A stretch of DNA of 40,053 nt from Octopus sinensis (lineage: Eukaryota). A program made the translations under genes and the position numbers. The notes beneath the pieces were generated by a model. That model was given only the letters and a program-made list of their open reading frames with translations. It was not told where the DNA came from and ran no database searches. The DNA lies in the NCBI RefSeq assembly GCF_006345805.1, contig NW_021835231.1:1-40053 (forward strand), in the 5' to 3' direction. The number at the start of each line of letters is the position of its first letter. Positions within the stretch are counted from its first letter, which is position 1. Shown in pieces: positions 10,370-22,520 of this stretch.

Positions 10370-10810
10370 TCCCATACTTGCCACACACGATACGACCTTC
10401 TTAACCATCGTTTACCACCTTCCGCGGTTTTGGGCCGATTTCTTAGGGTTTTCTCCATGCAAATTGCTGATCTTGTAGAGGAAAGAGTTGTTGACTAACC
10501 CTAACCTTGGCGCTGAGTTGCTCAGTCTGTAGAGACATGAGTTGTTGATTTTCTAAGGCCAGTGTTCCCCATTTAAGATACTAAGCCGTTTTCTGTGAAA
10601 GGAGCCAAGATTCCTTAGTTCGGTATCGGAAATGTAGACGGGTTTTACAAAGGAATTGTAAATTCTAGAGCGTAGTGAGGTGTGTATAAGACAATATTGT
10701 AGCCAGTCATTCATTACAGTTTTTAGAGCAGCGGAGGCCAGAGTTTTTTTGTGCATTATGTCCTCCCGGTCTTTTTCGACAGTCTCTATGTTTCCATGAG
10801 CTAGGTGACA
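10370..10810 (-). mobile_element. RTE-like LINE 3' fragment
   Basis: LRSRIYNSFVKPVYI..ELRNLGSFHRKRLSILNGEHWP matches the post-RT region of RTE-clade ORFs. Degenerate. Confidence 0.7.
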
Positions 10811-11099
10811 CCCAGATCAATCAAGATATACCATTATTTTATTGATTAAATAATTATATTTCAGCTCAAAAATATTCAAAAACAATTTTTTACAGATACC
10901 TCGCTTTTTATAGTCTAGGTTAAATCATACCAATCAATATAGATACACTTGACCTTCACAAATTGGCCACAATTGATATTCTTTGACCGTCCATATTTAC
11001 TAATTTACTTTCTCTCGAGAGATTGTATATAATTCTCATGTTAGTTACTGTAAAACCGATACTCTGAACCAAATAGTGTATGACTCTTTTGGCCGACAC

Positions 11100-11442
11100 A
11101 AGTCATTTTCTGTGATGTAAATGTGATTTATATCGACTTTTAGATCTCTGGTCTTATACAGAAGGCTTTACTATATTCACGTCGATGCATTTTTTCAAAT
11201 TTCATCTCTCATTTCTTTGTCTTTTTATTTTGTAATTTTAGATACATGTCTTCACTAACAAATTATATTTTATTTAAATTTAAGCCTGCACACATCGAGA
11301 CATGAATTCAGAACACGTAAATTACATGAAAAATCCAAAAAATAAATCTGTCAACGTTGAAACCTTTCTTGCAGAATTTAACAAAATTTCAATCAAATAC
11401 AACCCCGACCAAATCTATAGTTTAGATAAAACTGGATTATAC
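11100..11442 (+). mobile_element. pogo/Tigger transposase fragment
   Basis: About 11310-11442 reads RTRKLHEKSK..VETFLAEFNKISIKYNPDQIYSLDKTGLY, resembling the KLHGE..Y.PDQIYN.DETGL motif around the first catalytic Asp. Truncated at 11442. Confidence 0.7.
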
Positions 11443-11708
11443 TGTCACCGGTTTTTGACCTTATCAATTCTTTGATCAGATCCATCCACGAATCCATGTC
11501 CTTAACCAGTTCTACAATCACCAAAAAATGATGTCCGGCTATTTTAACGAAAATATTGGCATCCAATTCCATTTTTAAGTATTTGTCATTTCATAATATT
11601 TATTTTGACAAAGTCGATTTTGAAATTGAATTCAAATATTTTTTTGAATTTTTTTCTAAGTCCATAAGTGTAACGACCTAGGCTCGGTAACACCCTAGGC
11701 TCGTGACA
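11443..11708. repeat. Possible solo LTR (TGTCAC...GTGACA termini), no TSD
   Basis: 6-bp inverted TG..CA termini fall at the breakpoints of the Tigger fragment (left) and the RT fragment (right). Internal repeat CCTAGGCTCG occurs twice. Confidence 0.4.
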
Positions 11709-12420
11709 TATTAACCAGAAGGAGAGACAAAATATAGCCTTGTCTGACACCCTTCCTGATAAAGAAACAATCTTTATCTCTATAAGGAGTCAATACAAGC
11801 CTCTTTTTGTCTATATAGAGATTTAATTATCCATATGAGATGACGAGGAACTCTAAATTCTTCCAGCACAGACCATAGTTTATTGTGAAGTATGCAATCC
11901 AAAACCTTGCAATAGTCAATGAAATATATATAAAAACACATATGATTTTTTCACAATACACCGGAGGCTAGAGATTTGGTCTCCCGTACCACTAACACAT
12001 CTAAACCAGTTTGATTAATGGATAGAATTCTTTCTGAAATTAGTGTTTTGCTAACGTGAGGTATGAGAGCAATTGCTCGGTAATTTGAACATACTTTGCT
12101 TTCACCCTTTTTAGGCAACAAAACAAATATTGGTTTCTTCCATTCCGAAGGCTAAATGCAAGTTTTCCAGATTTTCTTGAATAAGATTGTAATTGCAGAT
12201 AAAGGAATGGTCTTAAAATATTGTCCGACCCAGGAGCCTTTTTGCAAGGTAATTCATTTACTGCCCATATAAAATCACTGTCTTGATTATTCTTTGGGGT
12301 TTAGAAAGATCGAGAACGTTCCACGATGAGGTGTCGATGTTTTGTATTCAAATGTATAAAATTATTCTGCGTACTCCCTCCATCTATTTCGAATACTATG
12401 ACGGCTGATTAAATCTCTAC
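11709..12420 (-). mobile_element. RTE (BovB-like) LINE reverse-transcriptase fragment, degenerate
   Basis: Minus strand gives KKAPGSDNI, LPKKGESKVCSNYRAIALIPHVSK, FIDYCKVLDCILHNKLW and KGVRQGYILS, with stops and frameshifts. Confidence 0.85.
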
Positions 12421-12429
12421 CATCCCTGT

Positions 12430-12910
12430 TGTTAATTTGTTCTTTTGAATCATTTGAACTTCAGTTTTTTTTCCATGATTTTGTAACGTATTCTCTTTTC
12501 AGGCTTGAATTGAAAAGGTTTGTGGGCAAAGACACCAAAAAAATTGGTAGGTGCCTAAAACAGGCCATTGGAATCTTTTCATACTCTGGGGCCGCATTTT
12601 TGGCTGTTCTTATTGCTTTCCTTCTCAGAATCAGTAATCGGGCGAAGTCTCAATATGCTTGCATAGTTTGCTGAAAGATGCTCAGGACAGTTGCGAGTTG
12701 ATTGTGGAAAAGTTTGGTAGTATTTTTTGACTAGACAGGGATCCTCCCGGAAGTCGCAAGCAAATTACTTCAGCCTTCGTTTGAGTTCCAGTTATTTTCC
12801 TATAAGCTGTCCAAAATTTTTGATATTTTGATTGAAGAATTGTATTGGCGTAACCAAGCACGTTCTTTTTTGATTTGAGGTGTATGAAGAAGTGATTTTT
12901 CAAAAGCACT
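12430..12910 (-). mobile_element. Probable further LINE ORF remnant (region between endonuclease and RT)
   Basis: KFWTAYRKITGTQTKAEVICLRLPGGSL loosely resembles the pre-RT linker. Same strand as, and upstream of, the RT fragment. Confidence 0.3.
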
Positions 12911-13187
12911 TATTCTTTCTTTCAACTCTCAAAAGAAATAGAGTCACATTTCTCATAAATAAAACTAATTAATTTTTTAATGAGTTCTTAATTATTATTG
13001 AATTTTTGATTTGGACAAGTGGTAAAGGATGATTCTTCAATCTGTCGAAATTTACAATAATGTCCCTCTTCAAAAGTAACTTGATGTGGCGGAGCAGGCT
13101 TTGAGTAGAAAGTCCTTGTATTCCTGACGTCTCGACGAAATTATAATAAAAGACTCCACTTAATTAATAAAATTATTTAATAAATCT

Positions 13188-16100
13188 TTAGTTAGAATTT
13201 AAATCAGTTTGAAATATTTTTTTAGAAATTCGTTGGAGTTCATCCTCGACATATGTAAATTTGCTATTTAGTTGCTTAAGGCCATTTGCAAGAATTTTCA
13301 CATTTTCTTCCAAAGAGTTAGTTGTTCCAAGCTGATGCCATTTATTTAATGAAGATGGTCTGACATACAAATAGTAATTTCCATCTTCATTTAGCGTGAT
13401 TTTTTTGTTATTTTTTTTCTTAATCAAGTTCAGAATTCCAGACAAAATTGTCACACTTTCCAATTCAATTGCAAATTTTATGGCTCTTACCTAAAGAAAC
13501 AAAATAAATTGCTTACTTTCCATCCTAGTCCTCGGCTAAAAGCAGTGTATGATTCATTCATCATTGCTATCAGCATGTTTAAGAGGATCACCCCAGCAAA
13601 AATAATAAACGATATGTAAGAAATTTTAACCCAAAGTCCTTTATTATTGCTGAGTCCGTCAAGATCTGTTAATGAAAAGAAATCCCCCATGCCCACCATC
13701 CACAAAAATGTTTGAAAAATAGAATCAAAAGAATTTTCAGTCGTTGTTGAGATGACCGTTGATTCTCTAGTAAGTGTCCGAATTGTGAAAGAGAATCCAA
13801 TAAGGACGGTTATAAAGACTATTATAAATTTGGATATATCGTAAATAATCATGCTTTTTAACATCAAAGAAAAATGATGAATAGATTGGAATCCCCGTGT
13901 GAAATGCAAGGTATCGAGCCATCCTAAGATTAAAGTCAACGCCAAAAAATGGACTTGGTATTCATTTCTATTGATAAATAAGCCGAACCAAATAAAAGCA
14001 GTAGAAGACCATAAAATTGACGTACAATAAGATGAAACAAAAAAGCTAAGTATTCCGATTGCCATTGAAGTAACAATACTTGAATATCTTTTTTTAAATA
14101 AATTTTCTTTGGCTCCTTTGGAACGAGAAATTACTGAAGTCATCAACCTCAGTATATTGTAAATTGAAATAAGAACAGGCCAAATTAAAAATAAGCAAAA
14201 TAGCAAATTTGAAGAATAATTGTTGGAGCCTTTAGGAAGGTTATTGATCGCGTAATAACTGTATAAACTCATATGCGTTAGATGTATCAATAGCAAAAAA
14301 ATATATATCTTTTGATATGGATTCCAGTAGTTTTTGGCAACTTTATATATAGGCTGAATATTGAGAATTCTTGTCGCCACAGATAAATCGTCAAGTTTCG
14401 TAACATAATATAGCAGAGACTTTGTATCCACTTTGTTTTTTGTTTTCATATTTCCATGTATTTTTTTTGTATTAGGAGAAATATTAGTTATATCATAGAC
14501 TGTATAATCGGTACAAGTGAATTTGTTTACACCTTCAAGGTTTAGAAACTCTCTAAGCATAGTTTCAGAACCCAGGGAAGCTGCATATATTACCGGATTC
14601 ATATTTTGTACATTAAATGTTTCATACATTAGGAATGAAAGAGAATGCTTTTTGTAAATTCTATAAATAGGTAATATTTGGTCGGGAATGGACACACATT
14701 TGTACAGACACCACCATTCTACTGCATGAGATACAATTTCTCTAAATAAATGAATACTTTCTGCACATTTTCCATTAGATGCCATTAAAATTAGTTCGTG
14801 AATGACATTATTTCCAATTAAATCTTGAACTGCCAAATTGGCACCATTTAGTATCAGTTTCACGAGTTCCAAGCTATAATTCTTTTCCACGGCTATATGA
14901 AGTAAAGATTTTCCCATTTTGTTTTGAAGATTAAGATCAAGTTGTGTGTTGAAAGTCGTTAATATTTTGTCAAATAGGATCAAATTTCCATTCATCAGTG
15001 CTACGTGCAGTTCTGAATTTCCTTCTTTATTCTGACGATTTATTTTTAGTAAGTTGAAAAAATTAAAAAGTTCTATCCTTCCACTTTGGGAAATCAAATG
15101 TAAAATAGTATTACCGCTACTATCAGGCTCTTCAATGACCAAATACGAACTCATTTTTACTGATTGGTCGACAAGGGTTTCGAGCAATTCTTTGCTTGTT
15201 TTCTTTGATTTGAATGCACAATGAAGAGCTGTTTCGCCGTTTTTATTTTTAATTGATAAAGTTGACTTTTTTAGAAGAATAGATGCTGCTTCATTCGACC
15301 CAGAAATAAATGCTAGATGAAGAGGAGTATTTCCGTCAACATTTTTTAAATCGATATTTTGAGAATTGATAAACTCGGTCAATATTTCGTCCTAAAGCGT
15401 AAATAACGAGTCGAGATAAAATATGCCTGATTCGCGAAAGCAGCCGTATGAATAAAAGTATTTCCGAGAGAATCTTTTTCGTTAAATTTCAATTTAGATT
15501 CAAACAGCATTCGAAGATATTTTGTTGCTCCTTTAGAAGCAGCAAGATGAAGAGGGTACGTCGAACCTGAAAAAGTTCCACTGGATCGAGCAGTTTTGTT
15601 TTCTTCAATCCAGTGTCCATAAAACTTTAACAACACCAACAGGTATTTGTCATTTTCCAATTCCATTGCATATGTCCACGCATCTTTTCCTCTTTTATTA
15701 CGATGTGAGCCGTTTGCTCCCAAAGTGAGCAAATGTGCAAAAACATCAAGTTTTCTTTGCTGAACGGAGATAAGGAGAGGCGTATTACCAAAATCATCGT
15801 CATCTTCCAATGAAATATTGTAATTCACTAGGTAATCTGTCAACTCTAAATGCCCAAAATAGGCAGCGACATGAATGGGTTTCATTCCATATTTTATTTT
15901 TGTGTTTACATCAGCTCCATTCTCTATAAGAGTTTTAAGGATTTCCAAATTTCCCAAAGACGTGGCCATCGTGATTGGAGTCTCCAAGCCTAACTTTCTT
16001 CTAGTTGACACCATGGCTTTTCCATCGCAAACAAGCAACTTTACTAGATCCTCATATTGATATCTCACTGCCCAGTATAGTGGCGTTGACCCCTTGTCAT

Positions 16101-16973
16101 TCTCAATATCAACTGATGCTTTATTTCGCAAAAGAAATCTAAAATAGTTATCAGATGTATACTGAACAACGTCTATGTGATTGTTTCTAGTTGCAAATAG
16201 AATAGGGGTGTCGTTTTTGCTGTTTACGCTGTTTATGTCCACTTTCAAATTCACGAGAAATTTCAAGAAATTTAAATTCCCGAAATAACAAGCCAAATGT
16301 ATTGGTTTTAGACTCCTCGGTCGCTGACCTTCTGATTCCATGAGCATTTCCATTTCCAATATTTTTTTTACGTCGCAACTAGAAAGTCTATTTATTAATG
16401 CTTGTGCGAGCTCGACGTCACCGGAAATTGCAAGTTGATGAAATGCATTTCGCTTAGACTCAATATTATCTAACTTAAATTTATTATTTCTATACTAACT
16501 AGAAATTTAAATTTTCCCTTGAGGAGTTTGTTGCTTCCAATTTCTATAAGATATTTTGCGACTTCTCTCAATTCATATTTTAGTGCCATATGTAAAATAT
16601 TTTCTTTTTTGTTAGATTTTATAACTTCAAGTTGTACACCGGGATTATCTTTCATAAACTAAACTATATAAAAATAGTTATTACTTTTTTAATTAAATTT
16701 AACGAGTTTTGTATATCTTGATTTTGGAAATATTCAATCAAGGTTTTGTAAATATCAATAAACTCGTCTGAAGTTAGCTCGGCCACCGTGAAGCTTTTAC
16801 GAATACAGGTTATGTCTAGCTTTTCGATTTCTCGAAATAGGGCTGATTTATTTTCAGCATTCTGTAATGTGTTAGATTAAATCACTAACCTGATTTCTTT
16901 TATTTATTTGTTTTTGTAACTCACGAATATCACCGTCAACGTTATAATCTTTTCTGTGCAAATCAAACTCCAT
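13188..16973 (-). CDS. TRPV-type cation channel with an extended array of about 18 ankyrin repeats; about 7 exons
   Basis: ATG at 16973 (MEFDLHRKDY..). Repeated G.TPLH.A motifs. TRPV hallmarks DLIGNNVIHELI, N..NMNPVIYAASLG and YDITNISP. Six hydrophobic segments ending LLNMLIAMMNESY and a TRP-box-like WK|VRAIKFAIELES. Introns 24-40 nt, including a GC-AG intron at 15392-15426. A further 3' exon near 13000-13130 is possible. Confidence 0.9.
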
Positions 16974-17099
16974 GACTAATATTAGTACGTGTAGTTATGT
17001 TTATATCGTTATAAATATCGTATCCATGACAAATTAATAATAGTAATCTTAAATCGATCTATCCTCATTTGAGTAATAAAAAGATAAGAAAAATTCCCA

Positions 17100-17550
17100 T
17101 CAATTTTGAAACCAGTCGAACTCGATAACAATGATAGAAAAAGAACAGATTAGGTGCCATCTGAAAAAAACGTTTTTCTCTAGAATTATCTTTCTGGAGA
17201 GTCCGCGACGTACCTAACTTTCAACGCGAAATCTCAGAAGAAAGTTAGAGTATGGATGATTTCCTAACTGATACATCTTCTCCGGGATCAAAAAAAAATT
17301 CACTTCCAATTGCATTAATAATCTCAGAGAAAAATAGATTCCCGAGAAAATAAAAGACGTGAAGTATTGTGGCTCTCTCAAAGAATTTGTTTCATTTATT
17401 CTTTTTAAGAATTTTTAATTCTCATTCATGAAAGAATCTTTTCGTTACATTCTAATTATCGATCTTATCGTCGCTGGACTTTACTTTCGATAGATTTAGG
17501 CAATAATACGACGCTTTTCACTAGTTACAAACCTTTTGCGCTTCATTATG
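17100..17550 (-). mobile_element. Possible heavily decayed IS630/Tc1-like transposase
   Basis: MKRKRFVTSEKRRIIA*..SPATIRSII resembles the N-terminal HTH. Many stops and no clear catalytic motif. Confidence 0.3.
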
Positions 17551-18117
17551 TTAAGTCTAGTGTGATGAAAATGAGTTTATTGAATAAATTGTTCAATCAA
17601 AAAATTAAAATGTGGTAAGCAAAAAATATTTGTCGAGACTTCTTAGAATAAAATTAATTTTTGCAAAAATTGTGGTGACAGATTTTACAGTATATAGTTT
17701 ATTCCCAACATTAAAATGTTACAAATACAGATGATAAAATTAACTATTTATATTCCAAAACAAAATCAAGTGGGACTTTTTCGAAACTTTAAAATATTCA
17801 GTATATATTTTATTTCTTGCTTAAACGGATCTAATAACTGGAGACTTATTTTACTTGCACTTAAGAAACTGGATTGAAATCATCGCAAAATATATTGTAT
17901 CTTTATATCATACAATTCTTACAAAAATTATAGAAGCCAACAAAAACAAAAAAATTCTGAACACCCTCTTTACTAGATACAAGTCACAAAAAACGACGTG
18001 TGAAAATATGTGAAAGTTAAAGGGAAATAGTAATTTATTCGTAAGCGTTTTCATTATTTCCTTCCCATTTGATTAAATTAAAAAACGAAGTTTAATACTA
18101 AAAAGTAGTAAATAAAA

Positions 18118-18970
18118 TTAAATCATATTCTCAACTAATTCGTTGATGGCTTCTCCCTGATCACCAAATGGAAAACTCTTCCGAAAATGGTCTGGATTTC
18201 TAAGGAGATTATCACGCGGTAAAATCAGTCCAAATGGAGCCAAAAAAGTAATTACTGCTTTAAAATTAGGTCCAACCGAGTAAATCTCGTGAACGAGATC
18301 CTCCATGCACAATATATCAAACTTACCTAAACATTAAAATTCGAATGAACCCAAAGACTCCTCAATCATTGCATTCGAAGTTAAGGGAACAATTCTGTCG
18401 TCAATCATTGCAGCACCACGTTTATATAGAAGATTACGGACAGTCGTCAGGGAAGGACTCCCCCACACAATGTGAGACTGAGCAAATTTAAGTATGAGCA
18501 TTGTTGGTCGATTGAGACTTAAAAACATTCCATCGTTGACTTTCTCCAAACGCAGTAACTTTAATATTTTTTTCGTTTTTAAGGGGCATTTTTTAAAACT
18601 TTATATAATCATAAATATAATACTTTTTTATTCGAGCTACAAAAACAAGACCTTTCTCATCCTTTACTAAGGTTTTAGATTCTTTTTTAGCGTTTCGGAA
18701 AAAAGCTCTTTTACTATCTTCCATTGATTTGTAACTCACAAAGAAATTTTTGGCCCTTCTTAGAGTTGCTTTGTTATTTTCTTTTAATTTCTAATTTATT
18801 TATTATTTTTTAATAAGAAACTAGTCTTCTCTCTGCTTTTAGAATTTTTTCTTGTTTGCGATTTTTTTCATAAGCTTTACGTTTTTTTAATATAGTTTCT
18901 GGAATTGGCTTTTCCTTTTCATTTCTATAAAATAAGCATATGTTACAAAATACTTAACAACATCGCTCAT
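18118..18970 (-). CDS. RPL7L1: 60S ribosomal protein L7-like 1 (uL30 paralogue, ribosome biogenesis RLP7)
   Basis: Spliced MSDVVKNEKEKPIPETILKKRKAY..LVFVARIK..LLRLEKVNDGMF..HIVWGSPSLTTVRNLLYKRG..CMEDLVHEI..FLAPFGL..GDQGEAINELVENMI. The PE..LKKRKAY start and the C-terminus fit RPL7L1 better than RPL7. Confidence 0.85.
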
Positions 18971-19379
18971 TCTAGAACGTGTTTAAATAATTTATTTTAC
19001 AATTATAATTTTTATTATTTAAAAAAATTCTTAACTTTCTTATTGATAAATAATAAATTATGTATAATTTAAAATAAATGACAGAAATTATTTACAGGTA
19101 GAAAATTACTCTTTCAAAGATCTTGTGATTTGTTCATAACAATAAATCCGTTTAGTTTTTACATAAAGTAGAATAAACATTAAAGTACTCAAACATAATC
19201 ACACTTCTCGATAATCTAAATTCTGTATTTAAAGCTATTCCATTAATCGTTCCTGAAACTTAAAAAACAATCATGTACTCCATAATAAAAATGACTTGTA
19301 CTTTATAATATCATTTACCACGCTTTTCATTCTTTTTTATCAAAAAACACAAAATTAACTTTTCGTCTACAGATTAGGG

Positions 19380-20106
19380 AATTTGATTTTGTTTAAAGTT
19401 CATTCCAAATGGATGATGTTTCTGCAAATATATTTCCTTTTACAAAAATTTTCTTTATTTGATTTTTTCTTTAATAATAGCCCAAACCTTCTCCACGAAG
19501 TTTAAATCTGGGCTTTGTGCAGGCAATTCGATATTATTTACTTGAAACAGCGCTTTGCTATTTACAAAATATGTTTTGGATCATTGTCCTGTTGGTAAAT
19601 AGAATCTTTAGGTTCTATTTTGTTCAAAAATGAGATAAGATTATTCGTTAGTATGTTAACATACAAAGCTCAATCAATTTTCTCTTTTATCCAAACCAAA
19701 TTACTGAATCCATTTATGCTTATGGAACACCATACCATAATAGTTCCTTTACCAAAATTTACTGTTTTTGTCACATTATTTGTTAAATATTTTTCCTTGC
19801 AATTTCTCAATTCAAAAGTTTTTCCGTAACTATTGTACATGTTAAATTTACTTTCATCGCTGAAAATAACTCTTTCCCAAAAATATTTTGGGTGCATAAC
19901 GAATTTAAAAAATAAAACTTTTTCTTTGATATATTTAAGTAAATTAAATTTGTTCAGGTTTTTTTGGTTTTGAATTTTCGATTTCATAAAAAAGTGCATA
20001 AATATATGTTTCTTAAAAAACTGAATAAATTTGAGACATATTTATAATATTGTCCCATTGTAAAATTATAAGAAAAAGCATGTTCAGTTTTTATTTTTGT
20101 TCACTG
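19380..20106 (-). mobile_element. Tc1 (DD34E) transposon remnant with one terminus
   Basis: WERVIFSDESKFN..TVNFGKGTIMVWCSI, then YQQDNDPKH and PAQSPDLNFVE. Minus-strand TA|CAGTGAACAAAA terminus at 20106. HTH region deleted. Confidence 0.9.
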
Positions 20107-21182
20107 TATATAAACTTGTAAATCTTCGTCCTCAAGAATATTTTGTATTTTTAATAAATTTGGAAATTATGATAACTTGTTACGTTTAACATTTTTTAAC
20201 TAAACAAAAATGCATAATGTTTAAAAAGAAAGAATCATGTAAATTGTTAAATATTAAGCAGAGAAAACGAGTAATTAATTAGCAGCAGAGAATAAGATGG
20301 AATGCCAATTCCCAAAAACGCAAGATGGCTATTGATATGCGTGAAAAAGCCATGTCCGTTCTCGATGATCGTTTCTCCTTCTGCTTGTTTCTGGAGTTCG
20401 CTTGACTATGTCGAGGGAGGCGTCCGGAGCTTCTCTTATCCTCTGCTACGTTCAAAATTAATACAATAAAGTTCAAATTTTGCTTTATATGACACAGTTG
20501 CCTCATTGCAATGAATAATGTTGATTTTTCTCCCTCTAAATAGATATTAGAGATACAAGGAAATCTTGTATTGAAATCTTCATAAAATAAATTGTTACTT
20601 TAATTTTCATTTGGTTTTATTAGTTTTCCAAAGATGGCTAGTCTATTAACATTGATCTCGTAGGGCGTATCATTATTGATCTTCATAATTGTTAAACCAA
20701 GTTGGACATTGTCTTGTTGTAAAATCCCAACGACTATGAATTCAGTAGAATCCAGATTTTCATTAAATGGTCAGTTTTGTCCCCAGAGGAAAGTCTAGAA
20801 TCTATTATTTTTGCAAATAAAATATTCACAAATAAAAATAAAAATTCCCTACTTCTTTGAGACTCATATAACTTTTTACCGAAAGTAATTAAATTAATTT
20901 GTGAAATAAAATCTAGTTACGCTAAATTTAAAAATAACTCTTTTATCTCAACAAATTCATCCTGTACTTCGATACAGAGTTTTGCGACTAAATATTAAAA
21001 AAACTAAACACCCAAATTACATCCTAACAGAAAACCGATACCAAGTCACTAGGATTCTGAAAAAAATGAAAACTATCGGGCTGCTACGTTCACAGACTAG
21101 ACAAATATACTCATGGATCTCTACGCCAAAGACCTGCAAAAAGCATCTTAGTCAAGTAAACAAATCGATGTCAATTTTATCA

Positions 21183-22244
21183 TCTTAATAATAAAATGAT
21201 ATGGTGTGTGTCTGTCTGTCTGCGGTCACCAACTTTAAAATGGCAAAGTACAAATAAATTGTCAAAATCTTATTCGATTATAATTGTCAAAATTCTTTTT
21301 TCCAAAAATGTTGAGGTTCTCCAAAAATCTTCCATTCAAAAAACTAACATATCAAGAATATCTTCAACGACGAGGTCCCTTAAACCTTCCCACCTAAAAA
21401 ATTAAAAAAATATATTTTCTAGATTTTAGTTAAAATGAACAACACGAACAACACCCATGTCCTCGACTCAGATAATGAGGTCCTTTAAACCTTCCCACCA
21501 AACTCGACAGAGTGTACAATTAACAGATTTAAAAAAATCTTAAAAGTTATAACCACAATAGCACAATCATTAACACAATTGACCACCAATTGACAGCGCA
21601 ATTAGAAGAATTTTCGTAAAAATATTAACTATTTATTTAAGTTTTTCGTTAAGATAGAATTTATTTTTGCTATGTCTCTTTTCCTAATCCTTTTAACTAT
21701 TCAAAAATAATTTTATCAATAGATAACCGAAGGAGGGAAAACGAAGCTGAAGACAAGAAAGCTCAGCTTAAGGTAATTAATTTAAACTGTTTATGCTTAA
21801 CTTCACATTATGTTGTCCGGTTCTTCTTTGCGTGTCTCTTTTTTGGCTGGTGCTTCTCTGTCTATTGTAGCTATCCTTTTAATTGATGTGTTGATTGGTG
21901 TGTTTTATTGGAATGTTTGATTAGTCTGTTTGTGTATCAAAAACTTCCCCTCGCTCAGCAATAACAAAATAAAAACTAAACAGGAAACAAGATACCACAA
22001 AATCCAAAAATGAAAACGCAAAAAAATTAAAAAATCCTGTGCCACCTAAATTATGCAACGGAAAGAGGTTAATTATTAAAAATTTGATGGCTAACGTAAT
22101 AGAAGCGACGATATTAACATGGAAGTATAGAGGTGAGTATGTTTATATCCCACGAATTTTGACTTATTTTAGTTATAGTTGTTTGATGAAACAGACCCTC
22201 CGTAGGAGCTAGGTCGCGGTGAGCGAAGCAAGCTGCCGAGCTAG
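21183..22244 (+). mobile_element. Non-autonomous Helitron with 5' (GTCT)n microsatellite
   Basis: A|TCTTAATAATAAAA start and CTAG|T end (22241-22244), preceded by an imperfect GC-rich hairpin (CGGTGAGC..GCTGCCG). No TSD. Second copy begins at 39798. Confidence 0.8.
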
Positions 22245-22279
22245 TATTTTAATAAAATTCTCACAGAAAGAGAATTAAA

Positions 22280-22520
22280 AAGACGACCTCCAAAATTATT
22301 GGCAATTAAATGTTGCCGGTGTAATTGTGAAAATAAATGGTACGCGACATTTTAAATATTCCAAACATCCTCTTTATTTGCCAATCGTAGAAGCAGCGCC
22401 GTCAATAGCACATAAAATTATGTTTACAAAAAGAATGTTATTCTAAAAAAGTATGTTTCAATTTCATTATACAGTGACATCTTCCCCATATCACTTGTAA
22501 TTTTTCCTCGCCTAAAATGT
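22280..22520 (-). mobile_element. hAT (Buster-type) transposase fragment
   Basis: CAIDGAASTIGK*RGCLEYLKCRVP..HRQHLIA resembles the TDGA..M.G and C..HR..L catalytic-core motifs. Confidence 0.7.

Noticed and set aside
15379-15382. Programmed frameshift or two coupled genes at the overlapping TRPV ORFs
   Set aside because: A single 35-nt GC-AG intron restores a well-formed ankyrin repeat.
20279-20506. GC-richer patch with a 75-aa minus-strand ORF
   Set aside because: No recognisable motif in any frame. Probably a TE remnant, but not assignable.
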